Below, piece by piece: positions 31,139 to 47,150 of a DNA stretch of 64,000 nt. The notes beneath the pieces were generated by a model. That model worked only from the letters and a program-made list of their open reading frames with translations. It was not told the origin of the DNA and made no database searches. The translations under genes were made by a program, and so were the position numbers. Where the stretch lies: contig CAVNZM010000002.1 in the NCBI GenBank assembly GCA_963693365.1, positions 7,718,454 through 7,782,453 of the forward strand. Reading direction: 5' to 3'. Positions within the stretch are counted from its first letter, which is position 1. Every line of letters starts with the position of its first letter. Source of the stretch: Amoebidium appalachense. Its lineage: Eukaryota; Protista; Ichthyosporea.

Positions 31139-34100
31139 GTGCCCAAGTTGTACTAGTCAACTAGACACATGTCATTTTGCCGAACAATCCACTTAAGGAG
31201 GTTTCAGGGAGATTTTTCTTCATGAAAAAAAATAATGGATACGACTAGTAAATTTAGGTCTCAGTGCGCGTTCGTTTATTGACGTAGCTATAGAGACGAA
31301 CATGGGCACCTTTACCATGCAGGGGATAGATGTATAAAAGAAACTTATTTAACCGGAGCTTTTTGCCGTTTACATGTTGGTAGTGAAAAACATCGAGCAC
31401 AATATGCTGCACACAAAGAAGATATATGTGCCAAACAGCACGAATATATTGAACATTTCAAAAACACGCACAGAAGCGAAGAAAAAGAGTACAGAGACAC
31501 GCACACGGTAGAAGCACAAAAGTACAGGGACACACACAAGGAAGAAGCACGAGAGTACACGGATACGCACAGGGAAGAAGCACGAGAGTATAAGGAAACA
31601 CATAGAGAAGATGCGCGGAACTACAGGAATAGTACGCACAGGGAAGCGCATAGGGAAGATGCGCGGAAATACAGAGACACACACAGAGAAGAGCTACAAC
31701 ATTACAGGGAATCGCACGTGGAAGAGAATAGACAGTATCAGGTATATTTTACATTTTTCTTTCGCCTTTTGGTCTTTACTTATTTTGCTTCGGGAGTTTC
31801 TTGCTTCTGAGCTCTATGCATAAACAACTTCTTTTTAGTTTGTTCATGGCTTTCTACTTTCTTACTTGCTTCGATGTTTTTTTGCCAAAAAAGGGGGAAA
31901 GAAAAGTAAGGGCAAGGAAAAAGCAGAAAAGAAACACTGTAAGGGAAGGGGAATGGGTAAGGAATTGTTGATTTTGAAACCAGAGGGAAGGAAAGGAGGG
32001 GGGAGGGGCAGGCAAGATATGCGCAAATTTTCTGAAACCCCCCCCCCCCCCCCCCTTCGTTTTTCGTTTCCCATTTGTGAGCTTTACGGAAAAAAAACAG
32101 AAAAGGTAAGAAACACGGAAGGGAAGGGGACAGGTAAGGGAAACACAGGGGAAAAGGGAAACGAGGGAAATAAGGACTGGGGAACAATAAAATCGAAAAA
32201 AACACAGGGGAGGACAAGTGGGAATGGCGTTTAGTTCAAGGGTGAAGAAGGGGGTAGGCAAGAAAGAAAAAATAGAAGATGAGAGGAGCAGGGAATTTTG
32301 AGCTTGATACATAATTAATTTAATAACTTTTTAAACTGACAACGAGAAGGAAAAAGAAAGAAACAGGAAAAGGAGAGAGGGAAGGAAAGGGACAGAAAAG
32401 AACACGATACGGAAGAGGCAATGATGAAAAAAAAGCAGAATAGAAGAAGAGAAAGGGGAGGGGGGGGGGGGGGGGTGGGGAGGGGGAAAGGAGGGAGGGA
32501 GGGGGGAGGGGGAGGAGGGAATAATAAACGGAAGAAAAAAATTAGAGGCAAGGGAAAATGCCCGGAAGAGAAATGGTTGATATTGTGCCAGTCCCAAAGA
32601 GTAGTATCTGATTGCACTTTTTGGCACGTGCAGGCGATACATCATATGGAGGAAAGAGAGCAACAACTAGCATATCGTTTAAGGGAGACTGATACGACAA
32701 CGAACAGTATCCACGAAACGGCTACATCCCTTCCCTCAGCCATTAGTACCAATACTGTGCAGGAATCAGTGAACATTTACCGAGAGTTGATAAGTCCGGA
32801 AAATACAATGCACTTGTCATGTGCAGTATGCGATGAGCTGGTACCGAACTCGAGTGTTATGCGCATTTCAACACTTGAATTTGCAGAAATTTATAGTTCT
32901 TTATTGCAACCGACCAATCAGCAAACAGATTTGTTTGAGCGTTGGCCTGAGCTAGATTCACGGGCTGAGTTGCTCACAGAACTTCGGGAAACTGGCTGTT
33001 TGATTGAGGTCGCCGGTCTTGAACAACACACTGATAACATTATGGTACGCATCTGCAAAACATGCAATAACGCATTGAAAAAAGGACACACTCCATTTTA
33101 CGCATTAGCCGGACCTAAATGGTTGGGACCGGATTGGCTACTGAATAAGTTTGGGAACCTGTCGTTTGCAGAGGAGAGAGCTGTTGCTCTTTACCGGTCT
33201 TCTATTCACCTGTGCCGTTTATCGTCGCCCTACTTCCTTGAAGATACACAATATTGGGCAATGAAAGGACACGTCATTACTCTTCCTCAATCACCAGGTG
33301 GAGTGGCGCAGAAACTGCCCCGTGCTCCTGCAGATACCGCAGGGAACATAGTGGTGCTTTTTTCCGGACCAAAAACAAGCGCGCGTGCATGTGTATATGC
33401 GTCTCAACTGTTTGTGGTTCGACGGCCTTATATAGAGACGTGTCTACGTGACCTGTTCAAGTACAATAGACTTGAGGGTTACATCAACGTAATGTGCGAC
33501 ACGGATGCATTGCTTCAGTATCCGGAGAACAGTATTCTGGAACCGGTTCTGAACTGTGTGCAGGCTACATCGGAAGAAACGGAAACGGAAATGCCCAGTG
33601 AACCTCCGGTAATGATTGTACACGGCTCAGGGTTGATTGATACGGAGGGAAGCAATGTACAGAAAGAGCACCGAGCACGCACAGCAGCAGATTTACTAAA
33701 CGAAACCGGAAGTTGTTTGAACATCCCAGCAGGAAACGATCCGATAACGGATTTTTACGAGTTAGAAAAACTCATGGCGGGCTCTTACCCAAGTTTGTTT
33801 CCCCTTGGCATAGGTGGTCCGGTAGGGTCCACTTTCCAACGAGATATTAGTCACTTACTGAACCTCCGAGGGGGCCGTTTTGGTGCACATCGAGCATTCG
33901 TGTTCGTGGCACTTGACATTCTTGCTAGGCACCAATCACTTTTTTCGTCTCGCCTCACTGCTAGACTCATGCCGGAGCAGAGCCGTTCACTCATCGGGCA
34001 AATAACACCCGAAATGCTTCGAAATGCGGTTCAAACGTCACGTGAGCACCAGAACATTCATAACCCCCACATAACAGCTTTACAGCACGCCATTGATATC

Positions 34101-34757
34101 ACCGGGAGTAGGGTTTTAGGTTCTGTTGCGACTAAAATGCGTCACCGTCAGCAAGCTTTTAGCCAAGCTATCCACGATGGTCCCTATGATATTTGGTTAA
34201 CAACAAATTTTGGTGAAACATACGACCCCCTTCTCTATCGTTGTATGGGGGATTTAGGTTACAGTCAAAATCTACCATCAGTTAACGATAGAGCACGTGA
34301 CGCTGCAAACAATCCAATGGCTGTTGTGAGATATTTTGGAATCAAACTGAATGCCCTTCTTCGTGGATTACTTGGGTTTCATCGAAATGGCGGCAGTGTA
34401 TTGGGACAGCTACAGGGGTACACTGAGGAAACGGAATGCCAAGGACGAGGTAAGTGTACGTATAAGATCTATGCACATATATGTAGTATGAAAGAGGCAG
34501 CGAAAAAAAGGGAAGGGAGGGGGGAGGGAAGAGGAGGGCTGTGTTTCCATATTTTGTGTTTATATGTGAATTTTCCGGGAGAAATTTTCCCTTTCTCCCC
34601 CGTGTCCCCCCCCCCCTCCCTCCGCCCCAGCCTGCCCGGTCACGGTCTCTATTCTTTCTAATGTATTTTTTTGTTGGGGATATGTGTGTGTGTATTTGGC
34701 ACCGAATGTTGTTTTTACTGACAAGACAATCGCTTGTGTGTGTGTGTGACAGTGTGT

Positions 34758-34792
<35 letters not shown>

Positions 34793-34972
34793 CGTGTGTG
34801 TGGTGTGTGAGGAACGACAAAGGAAAGAAAAGATAAAGGGGGACACACACACACACATACACTTACCTACCGAAGTCCCTGTCCCCCCCCCCCCCCCCCC
34901 CCCCCCCCCCACCACCACCACCACCAATCCTCGAAGAAAGAGGAAAAAGAAAGGAAAAAAGGTAGATAAAGG

Positions 34973-35019
<47 letters not shown>

Positions 35020-35420
35020 CGGGTAAGTGTACGTATTAACCCCATGCACATCTATGTATGAAAGAGGCAGGAGAAAAGGAGAGGAAGGAAAGGGGACGCT
35101 GTATTTCCATATTTTGTGTTTATGTGTGAATGTGGAAGAAATCTTCCATTTCTCCCCCGTTTCTTCCCCCCCCCTCCCCTCCCCTCTCCCGCCCGGTCAC
35201 GGTCTCTATCCTTTTTAATGTTTTCTTTGTGTTGTAGATATGTGTATGTGTATTTGCCACCGAATGTTGTTTTCACTGAGGAGACAATCGCTTGTGTGTG
35301 AATGTCCGTGTGCATGAAGGAGAACAGAAGACACAAAAAGAAAAACAAAGGGACAGGGAGAGGAGGGGGGGGGAGGGGGAAGGAGTGGGAAAAAAAAAAA
35401 AAGATAAAAAGGGGTACAGA

Positions 35421-35553
<133 letters not shown>

Positions 35554-37970
35554 GCAAAACAAAGGGAAATGGAGAGGAAAGAAGGAAGCAATCGAGGAGG
35601 AGGGGGGAAGGGGGAGGGGAAGGGCAGGGACAGGATAGACAAAGGAAAGAAAAGGCAAAAAGGAACACACACGCATACCCTTACACACGAAAGTCCCCCC
35701 CCCCCCCCCCCCCCCCCCCCTTGAAACAGACAGATCAAAAAGCGGTGATAGTACTGTAAGTGTGTGTGACACTGTAGATGGATGTGTGTAAAAACATATA
35801 CACTAAAACATACTAATCACCCTCCTCTCGCCCCTCCCCCCCCCTCCCCCCCCTTTGCCCGGCCTGCAAGTCTCCCTTTCCTTCCTTCCCCCCCCCCCCC
35901 CCCCCCCTCCCCCCCCTCCCCCTTCCCTCCCCTTGCCTGCCCCTTCCTCTTTCCTTTTCTATATCTCTCCCTCTCTCTCTCTGCTTTCCGCTTTCTTATT
36001 TATTTCTATTTTTACTTTTAACCACAGGTACATTGCACCCGCATCTAGCCATTTCCACCAAGAGAGATCATCCTACTGAGATACACACCCTGTGCCAAGA
36101 TCCCGAGTACAAGCGTCAGTTTGGATTGTACGCTGATGCCATCTGCAGTCAAGACATTGGAAATTTGCCATGGGAGTGGCTTGTGCAACAAACAAACTCT
36201 GCCGATATCAACGATTTGGCCATCCCGGTTCGACTCGAGAACCAAAGCCTACAAGACTGGCAACGAGCCGTCATGCAGGGTGACAGAGAGCGCCGTCGAG
36301 CCATTGCCTCGGCAGCGAAAACAGCATTCGGAGGGAAAGAGCACTTGTGCAAAAAACCCCCCGCAACGGTTGAAAGCGCCGAGTACAAATTAGATACGTT
36401 AGGAGTGGTTGCGTGCTTGCAGTTTCACGAGCACACATCCAGTTGCTACAAAACAGAGCGTGCAACAAAAACACACACGTGCCGGTCATCTATCCCAAGA
36501 ATATTGTACGATCAAACACAATACAACGAAGCGAAAAGTCAACTTGAGCAGAAACGACATTTCGGTTATACCGTGCCCTTCAATCCTGTGCTATCATCAG
36601 AACTACGATGCAATATGGAACTTCGCCTCATCAATACCGGAGCCAATGACCAGTACGACCTTCTTCTATACATCACCAATTACCAAACCAAGAGGCAATT
36701 ACCTATCCACCAACAACATTCCATTGCAGCAGCGGTCATATCTGAACTGCAAAACCCAGTGTCCGAAAATGAAATACAACCCGTAAATACGCACGACACT
36801 GAACCTCCACACTCAGATACCGGTTACATATCACGTGTCTTGAACAAAATTCAAAACACCTTATATATACGACAGGAAATTTCAGCCCCGATGGCAATAC
36901 TCCTGTTCACTGGAGGACATGATGCCGACCACCTAAGCAGCGTACAGTTCAGCCCGCTTAATATTTCCCCTATTTTAGCCGCTCTACAACATACCCTGCC
37001 AACGCACATCCGCTTCGATTTCCATCGTGACTCGGCATTCGATTCGGACTCCGAATTGGATTCGGATGAGGATGAAGAGCATGGTTTTTCACGGTCACAA
37101 GAAAATGAAACACGACCCAATGAAACAGCGGATACAAGAGCAGAATCCTACCAGCTTGCAGTTACAAATGACCGGGTGTGTTTTGTTAACGATCGAGTAG
37201 ATTACCAATTTCGTGGGGATACCCAACCGGTAGCGCAAATGCCCGTGTACGCTCTTGTACGTAACTATCACAAAGTTCGTCAGGATAATCAACATCACCG
37301 TCTGAAACGAATTCCACTGGATGCAAGACACCCGCAAGCCACAACACACGAATGGGCAGAGCGTTCTTCTCCAGTAGTGCCTCACCTCTACAACTATCTT
37401 CCACCGAGTGCCAAACATGCTCAATACCGGGCACTGTGGATTTTAGCGCACACTAAAGCACACGATTGTACAGCCACCAGTTTATTAACTGTTAATGGCC
37501 AGTTATTGTCACCTGAAAATGCCTTGCAACAATATATGGAAGACCTCCAAATAAACGACCCTTTCAGTATGCTACCGATCATCCAAAACATGCTGTTCCT
37601 TAGCCGCGGGAGGGAACAATCGCACCAGCATCAAACTCGTGTCAATGAAGAACAGGCATTCGCTCGTCAATACCATGATGATATTGGTACCCGAACCAAC
37701 TCGGAATACGTAACGGAGGAAATGGATGAAGGTGAAACAAGTTTGGAAGAAGAAATTGACCGCAAGCCTAGATTTCCCCTTCTTCTCCCTCGTCCCTCAC
37801 TCTCCCCCTTTTTTACTCTTCTTTCGTTTCTGTGATCATCCAAACATCATCCCCCCCCCCTCCCCCCCCCCCCCCCCCCCCCGACAATTTTTCATGTACC
37901 CCACCATCCTTCCCCTCCATCCTTCTCCCCCCCCCCCCCCCCCCTTCGGCTTCCTTTTGCAACCCCCCCT

Positions 37971-38012
<42 letters not shown>

Positions 38013-41000
38013 TTCTCTCCTTCCCCAGCCGATCAATTTTGTTTGCATAGTCGTTTTTATGTACCTCACTTTTCTTCCCCTTCCTTTATGTTGGCATTTA
38101 AGTTGCTCATCATGGCTTTGCACCAATTCATCATCTCTCTCACATCACCCCCTCTCCCATGCCCTCCCTCCCCACTGTCCCCCCCCCCCCCCCCCCCCCC
38201 CCCCTCCCTCCTCCCCCTCCTCCTCCCCCCCCCCCCCCCCCCCCCCCCCGGCAATTGCCTATCAAAAAGACCACACAGGTTCTTCACAGAGCAAGTTGAG
38301 TTGGACTGGCCGGTAACTTTGAGTGCAGAAAAGGCACGGAGAATTCACCAGCGCACACACTCACTGGCAATTGTGGCTGCACCCACAAGCACTACAACGC
38401 AACCGCCTACGGTGGATATCCATCCTATGGATACCGACCACATACTTGACCCGGAACCGGAGATTCTCCGAATTTCACTGCCACGCAATCCAACACTCAC
38501 GGCACCGGCTGGAATCCCTACAATCGATCGGGCGATAACCGAGTGGCAGTTAAGTGGCCGAGCGAAAGACGCATTCACGTATGTCGCAACACACATGGAA
38601 CATACACGGCAATATCTATCCACAAAGGACCCCATGCGCAAACCACAACAATTCATAATGCAGTGTCTCGGAGAAGCAGGGTCTGGAAAGTCACATCTTA
38701 TTAGAGCTATCAAATGGTTTGCGCAGGAATTGGATATGGCTGGCTGTGTTTTGTTTGTTGCTCCAACAGGCCAAGCCACACACAACATTGGTGGGTCTAC
38801 CATTCATAGTACCCTTCAGATCCCTGTAGTGACAGGCAACGAAGAAGATCCACACCCATTATCAGAGCGCTCGCCACTCATTGACATTTGGGATAACATC
38901 CACTATCTGTTTTGTGACGAGATGAGTATGGTTGGGGCTTTCCTATTGGATGAGATAAACACTCACATCCAAAATAAATTTCCAGGAGAAAGACACACCA
39001 AACCTTTTGGTGATATAAACATATGTTTTTTCGGTGATATGTTTCAGCTTCCACCGGTTGGGGATTGTGCTTTGTACGAAACCCCTCGATTTGATCCAAC
39101 TCGGAAATACAAACCGAAGCACCTGATCAAATTGAACAAGCAAATTTGCGGTTCTCGCCTTTACCGAGATAATTTCACCACCACATTCCTGTTAAACCAA
39201 CAACACCGACAGCACGATGCTGATTACCTCGCTTTCGTGCGAGAATTGAAAACAGGAGAAGTAACTGAGGCACACCAACAAAAACTACGCAATCGCACGA
39301 ACATCGTGTCGTCAGATATCCAACACGTCATCGTCCTTTCCAATGAACTGCGTATGCACCTTAATATGCGCAGACTTCTTTCCAGAGCGGCTCAAACTCG
39401 CCAACCAATCACCATTGCACCGAGCACAGATGTTCTTTCCCGCAGTAGGCAAATGACGCACAGTATTCAAATGACGCTCTCTACCATGCATGACAAAAAA
39501 ACCAAGGGTTTGCTTACGTATCTGTTTCTTTTGGAGGGACAGCCGTATATTCTCACGAACAACCGTCAGCCTGAAAAATTCGTATGTTGAGTTGGGACTC
39601 TGCAACGGAACCATGTTTGACCAACTTACACATATCGAACGGCATTCGGACGACATACATGTACAGCCCATCAACACAACCATCTTCGGGTACCAAGTAC
39701 GGGCAGTATTCCTTACACGTCCACCCAAGTTTGTAATACTGCATGCAGAATGTCCGGATCATCCACAGTTACTTCAACTCGATCCCGGTGAGGTTCCCAT
39801 TTTTCCTATCACGCAACGATTTACAGTGGAAAGTACTCGCCATAAATTCAGAAAACAATACACAACAATAAAGCGCACACAACTGCCACTCACACCGGCA
39901 TTTGCGATAACGGATTACAACTCTCAAGGTCGGGGAATGCACAGAGTCGGCCTTTGCCTTCACGGAGCCCATCACCAGTCAGCATATGTACAATGCACTC
40001 GCATACACAGTTGGAACGAAATGTACATTTTGTCTGACTTCGACGTTAACAAGCTGTGTACTGAAAAGCCAAATGATGCACTCTTCAATTACTATAAAGC
40101 ATTGGAAGAGCAACAAGCTGCCACACTCGCACACCTACGCACGCGGATACTTCAACGTTCACCTACAGGTATGCTATCTGTCTTCCTTTCTTCTCCCCGC
40201 GCCCCCCTCCCCCCCCCCCCCCTCTCCAACCCCTCCCCTGGGTATCTTCCCCCCCCCCCCCCTCCCCTCCCCGCTCCCCCCTCCCTCCCTCCCTCCTCCA
40301 CACGACCCATACTGTTACTATATGCATATTTTCCCTTTCATTTCACTACCCCCTCTTCTCAAGTATATTTAGTTTCTTTCGTTCTCCCCCCCTCCCCCCC
40401 CCCCCCCTCCCCCTCCCTCCCATCCGCAAACATTCTCCTTCTCAACATGTACACTTTCTCCTCAACTACCCTCTCCCCTTCATGTCCCCGCCTCGTCCCC
40501 CCCCCCCCCTCTTCCTCACTCGTCCAATAGAGATCCCCCCCCTCCCCGTCAACACTCCAAACACACACCCTAAGCCACACATGTTCCGTAAGTTATACTT
40601 CCCTTTCCTCTCAATATCCCTTTTCTTTCCCCTTTCGAGACCCGCCCGGTTCTTCTCTCCTCCCCTTCCCCTCCCCTCCTCCCCCTCCTCCCCTCCCCGA
40701 ACAAGAAACAGGAAGCCAATTCTGTTATTATTCGTCCACATACACCATTGCATTTCGCTACCCTCTCCACTCATTCCATTCACCTGTCCTTACTCTGCCC
40801 CCCCCCCCCCCCCCCCCCCCCTCCCCCTTCCTCCCGACACTCACCTCTTTTTCTCCACACAGACACTCAACAACAGGTCAACCCATCCAAAATCGTCCAC
40901 CCGAGTATACAGCCACCATTCTCTCCAGGTACTCTTCCCCTTCTCCTCCCCTAAAATCACCTTCCAGAAATCATAACATCCAATCTCTCCACTCCTTCCC

Positions 41001-41091
41001 CCCCCCCCCCCCCCCTTCTCATTTTCTCTGTCCAAACACACTTTCCTTTCCCTTCCCCTTCCCCCTTCCACACCCCACGCTCCCCCCCCCC

Positions 41092-41122
<31 letters not shown>

Positions 41123-41125
41123 ACA

Positions 41126-42640
<1,515 letters not shown>

Positions 42641-42854
42641 GTAGCTCCCCCCCCTCCTCCCCCCCCCTCGTGTACCTCTTCCGTCCCTCCCAGAAATCAA
42701 AACAATACTGACCTACCTCTCCTCGCATACCCAACAACATATCAATGCATTCGCCTACCACCCCCCCCCCTCCTTAATGTCTTTTCCTTCCGCTCTCTGT
42801 CCCCCCCCCCACTTCTCCCTCCTCGTTTTTTCCTCTTTCCCTTTGCCCACACAG

Positions 42855-43480
42855 TGTATGGCCAGGAGTGCATCATGGTGCCGGTTCCACAAGGCTACAT
42901 GCCAACCCAACGAATTCGGAACCAAGGAGGAGGTAACTGTTTCTTCTATGCAGCCAACATCGATCGTACACAATATATCGTCGCTCTTCAACATGCAATT
43001 CAAACCCGCCCAGAAATTCGCTCACTTGTCCAACGTGCCTATGAAGAATACGCTACACAACTCACACGGTCTCGCCCGTCTTTCACGGCTTCATCTCTTT
43101 TCCAACAGTATCCCAACTTGGAAAGCATCGCTACGCAATATTATCAAGCTACAGAACACAATGATCCACAGCAAAGGACAAATTCGGAACAACAATTTGA
43201 CAGAGCACTGAATGAAACCATAGCTCAAGAAATGACAAATGGCTTTGAAGCGTATCTTCGTGTCTTTTCAAACCCAACAGTGTACATGGAACACGAGGAT
43301 ATCACACTATTCTGTGCCGTTGCAAATACACATATTCTTGTTCACACAGTGCATCCTGCTTTCCCTGCAGTCACACATTACGGTCCACCTGTGTCCTCCA
43401 CAGTAAGAGCAATAGCAATGCACATGACTGTTAATCCCTATTGCCAACACTTTGAAGAATTGCGGCCTTTTTCCATGTAA
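42855..43480 (+). CDS. OTU-like cysteine protease (deubiquitinase fold) exon
   Basis: IRNQGGGNCFFYAA Cys loop, YMEHEDITLFC helix, terminal QHFEEL His motif. The phase-1 acceptor CACAG at 42854 matches the upstream phase-1 donors. Confidence 0.75.
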
Positions 43481-43813
43481 ATACATTACTGGAACAAGTC
43501 AGTCTAATAGCCATAGGTGGGTGAATAATTGGGTAGGATAGTGGATGGGTGGGTGGGAAAGCGTACCTCACTCTTTTTTTTCTTTTTTCTTTTTTTTTTT
43601 TTCTTGGAGGAGGGGGGGGAAGGGGGGAGGGGGGAGGGACGAAGGAAAAGGCAAGGGGGGAAGGGGCAGGGTCGTTCATAGGTGAGTGCATGAGTGTGTA
43701 GGTGGTAGAAGTGTGTGTGTGTGTGTGTGTGTGTGCGTGTGTATGCTGTCCGTGTATGCGTGCCTGTGATCCATGCTTGTGTGAGTGTATGCGTGTGTGT
43801 ATGAGTGTTGGTA

Positions 43814-43882
<69 letters not shown>

Positions 43883-43964
43883 ATGTGTGTGTGTGAGTGT
43901 ACGTGCGCGCACGTGTGTATGTACCACTCCTCCTCCTCTCCCCTCCTATCTCTCTCTCTCTCTG

Positions 43965-44070
<106 letters not shown>

Positions 44071-44128
44071 TCTCTCTCTCTCTCCCTCAGACATTCTTCT
44101 CTTTCTCCTATATCTCGTGAATATGATT

Positions 44129-44525
44129 TGTACACGTTGTGGACACGGTACAAACAGAGTGGAATCCCCACTCGCAAACCTTGATTCAATGGTGTACGTG
44201 TGATGGGAAGATATACCCACACGGTACAAAATGGCGTACGCGTGATGGGAAGACATACCCACACGGTACAAAGTAGTGTACGCGTGATGGGAAGACATAC
44301 CCACACGGTACAAACTGTTGTACGCGTGATGGGAAAAACATGCCCACACGGTACAAAACAGTGGAGTCTCCACTCAGAAAACCTGATTCAATGGTGTACA
44401 CGTGATGGGAAAAACATGCCCACACGGTACAAAAGAGTGCAAACCCACTCTGAATTTTCAATGGTGTACACGTAGTGGATGAAACATGCCCACACGGTAC
44501 AAAGAGAGTGGAACCCCCACTCCAC
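44129..44525. repeat. Hairpin-forming minisatellite, 7 copies of (C)CACACGGTACAAA core, periods 42-76 bp
   Basis: Cores at about 44141, 44216, 44258, 44300, 44343, 44419 and 44489, with unit TGTACGCGTGATGGGAAGACATACCCACACGGTACAAA. Confidence 0.9.
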
Positions 44526-44693
44526 AATTTCTGTTTTGGACATGTGTCTAAAAGCACATAGCCACCCATCTGCAAAGAAAAAGTCATTCTGTTTCCGTGG
44601 GGAGAGTGTTTATCAACAGCTCTTTCCCCTCCCTCCCTCCCCCCTCCCCTCAAACCACTACCACCACCATCACTATCACCACCACCACCATCA

Positions 44694-44806
<113 letters not shown>

Positions 44807-45771
44807 GCACGCGCGCGCGCAACTCATTTGGCCTGCTCTCGGCAGGGAGCGCGGGGGGGGGGGGGGGGGGAGGAGGGAGGGGGGGGAGGGGAAGGGGGAG
44901 GGGGGGGGGGGGGGGACATGACAGCTACAATCCAGACATGCTAAAGTTGGGAAAGAGATATGTAAACGAGTCACAAATCTCCAAAAAAACAACACGCACA
45001 GTCCCCTCTTTAACCGCAACTGTCATAAATTATTATTCTGGCATATATACACCAACTACAAAACGTAGCGATCGCATTCAGTTCAAAGTCTATCCGGTTT
45101 CAGCATGGCAGCTGACGGTGGAGAATTGATGGCACTACATATCGATTTCAGAGGGTATTTACCTTCTCTCTCTCCAAGTCAACTGAAAAACCCGAAGCAT
45201 TACTGTTTAGCAACAGGAACGCTTAAGTTCCCCAACTGTTTCAATCCTACAGATCGATGGGGTGCCGGCACATGGTCGGTATATTTCAAAAGTGACACAC
45301 ATGGAGTCTACGGGAAACTGCATGTAGTACCAGCCATACAAAAGGTTGAAGGGCACGGACCAATTCACCAAAACGAGAAAGTCAACGTACGTTTTCATTT
45401 CCATTGTGTTCTGGTGAAGAAAGAATACAAGGCACTCCAGTGTACTTCCACGCAATAGGAACACAATTGCTTTCAACTCCAACTTTAACGAATGGTGATT
45501 TCATAAATCCCTAAATCACCGTCGACAACAACACCGCGACAGCAACAGGTACAGCCTTCCCATACCTACGTACGGTTGTTTACCGTTATTTATCACTGGT
45601 ATGCCGGTAGTGAAATGTAATTGGTTGTTGCTGCAAAGAAAATGTCTTTCTGTTGCCGTGGGGAGAGTGTTTATCAACAGCCACTCCCTACCACTCACAC
45701 GCGCATACCATATCATGTGCACGCAAACACACACAAACACACACACACAAACACACACACACACACCTCTC

Positions 45772-45807
<36 letters not shown>

Positions 45808-45885
45808 CACACACGCACACACGCACTGCAGACACACACGCACGCACACACACACACACACACACATGTGTGCACAATACACACA

Positions 45886-45943
<58 letters not shown>

Positions 45944-45970
45944 CTGCATCCTCTCCCCTTCCCCTTCCCC

Positions 45971-46004
<34 letters not shown>

Positions 46005-46986
46005 CCCACACACACACACCCATAACACCCAACACACACAAATCAACACACCCGCACTGCATAAGTGCCTAACTCCTCTCATATGGTAGCTCCCCCGCCC
46101 GCACACACACATGCAACTTCCCTCTCCCTACCCGATACCTCTTCTACCTCCTCCCCCAACCCGCCTCTCCTTCACCTCCCCCACACACGCACACACACAC
46201 GCGCGCGCGCGCGCGCCACGCTTCCCCACTGCCTCGTATGGAGATTGGGCCACAGATCGAGGCTCCGCCGAGATCAGTTTTATTTATCATAAGATCGGGA
46301 TTATACCTTCCTTGAAAGGACTTTACCTATATAGGATGGACAAGGGTGTACATAAGGGTAGTGCGTAAGAGAAAAGAGCTTTCGTCTCTCCGTAATTCTT
46401 TTTTCTTTCTGTTTTGTTTCTTTTTGCCATTCATGCCTTTAGTCTTCATACGCCCGTTCAATGATTGTTGACCCAATCACATCAGTCTGATTTCCAGCCC
46501 TTTCGCCGCGTAGAGACTGTGGCCGGCCCGGCATGCTCGTGTTTTCTGTCATCAAGTTGTTACGTATGTAAAAAGGGTCAACATCAGAAATGTATTCATA
46601 CTAATTAAGTTGCCCAAAAACTCTTCTAAGAAATTTTCTTTATTCTTTGCCAGTTAAGTGCACATAGAGTGACAACAGGTGCACAAGGCCAGGGCACACC
46701 CGAAACAGGTGGGTACCTTAGGGTGCGTAGGGGGCCAATCGTACCACAGTAACCCCGGGGGCGTGCTGTTGTGCTGCTGTCTGTTGCTGGCATGATCATC
46801 CTCCCGTGTGTGCATGTCCGCCAGCTCTCAGAATCCTCTATAGGCCTCCGAGGCTCCATCCCCTCTGCCCTCCGAACTGAAATGAAAAGCTGTATTAGCT
46901 GGCTCCTCACAGCGGCGCAAGAACTATCACATCATGCTACTGGAAGAATGCAATGAGACTCAAGCGTCCCCCCCTTCCCCTCCCCG

Positions 46987-47037
<51 letters not shown>

Positions 47038-47086
47038 AGACACCCACGCACGCACGCACACGCCATCACCACCACCACCACCACCA

Positions 47087-47150
<64 letters not shown>

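Noticed and set aside
31280-31282. In-frame TGA as selenocysteine or an alternative genetic code
   Set aside because: It is a single case in a TE that also has a frameshift. Trp is encoded by TGG throughout, and TGA ends the YR ORF.
32421-32633. N-terminal extension of the 746-aa ORF
   Set aside because: It is low-complexity intron sequence. The real exon starts at the acceptor 32633/32634.
39565-39590. Programmed frameshift in the helicase
   Set aside because: It falls in an A5 run within a conserved PIF1 segment, so a sequencing error or mutation is more parsimonious.
44129-44525. CRISPR-like repeat/spacer appearance
   Set aside because: The spacers are homologous to each other and very uneven in length, there are no cas genes, and the context is eukaryotic.
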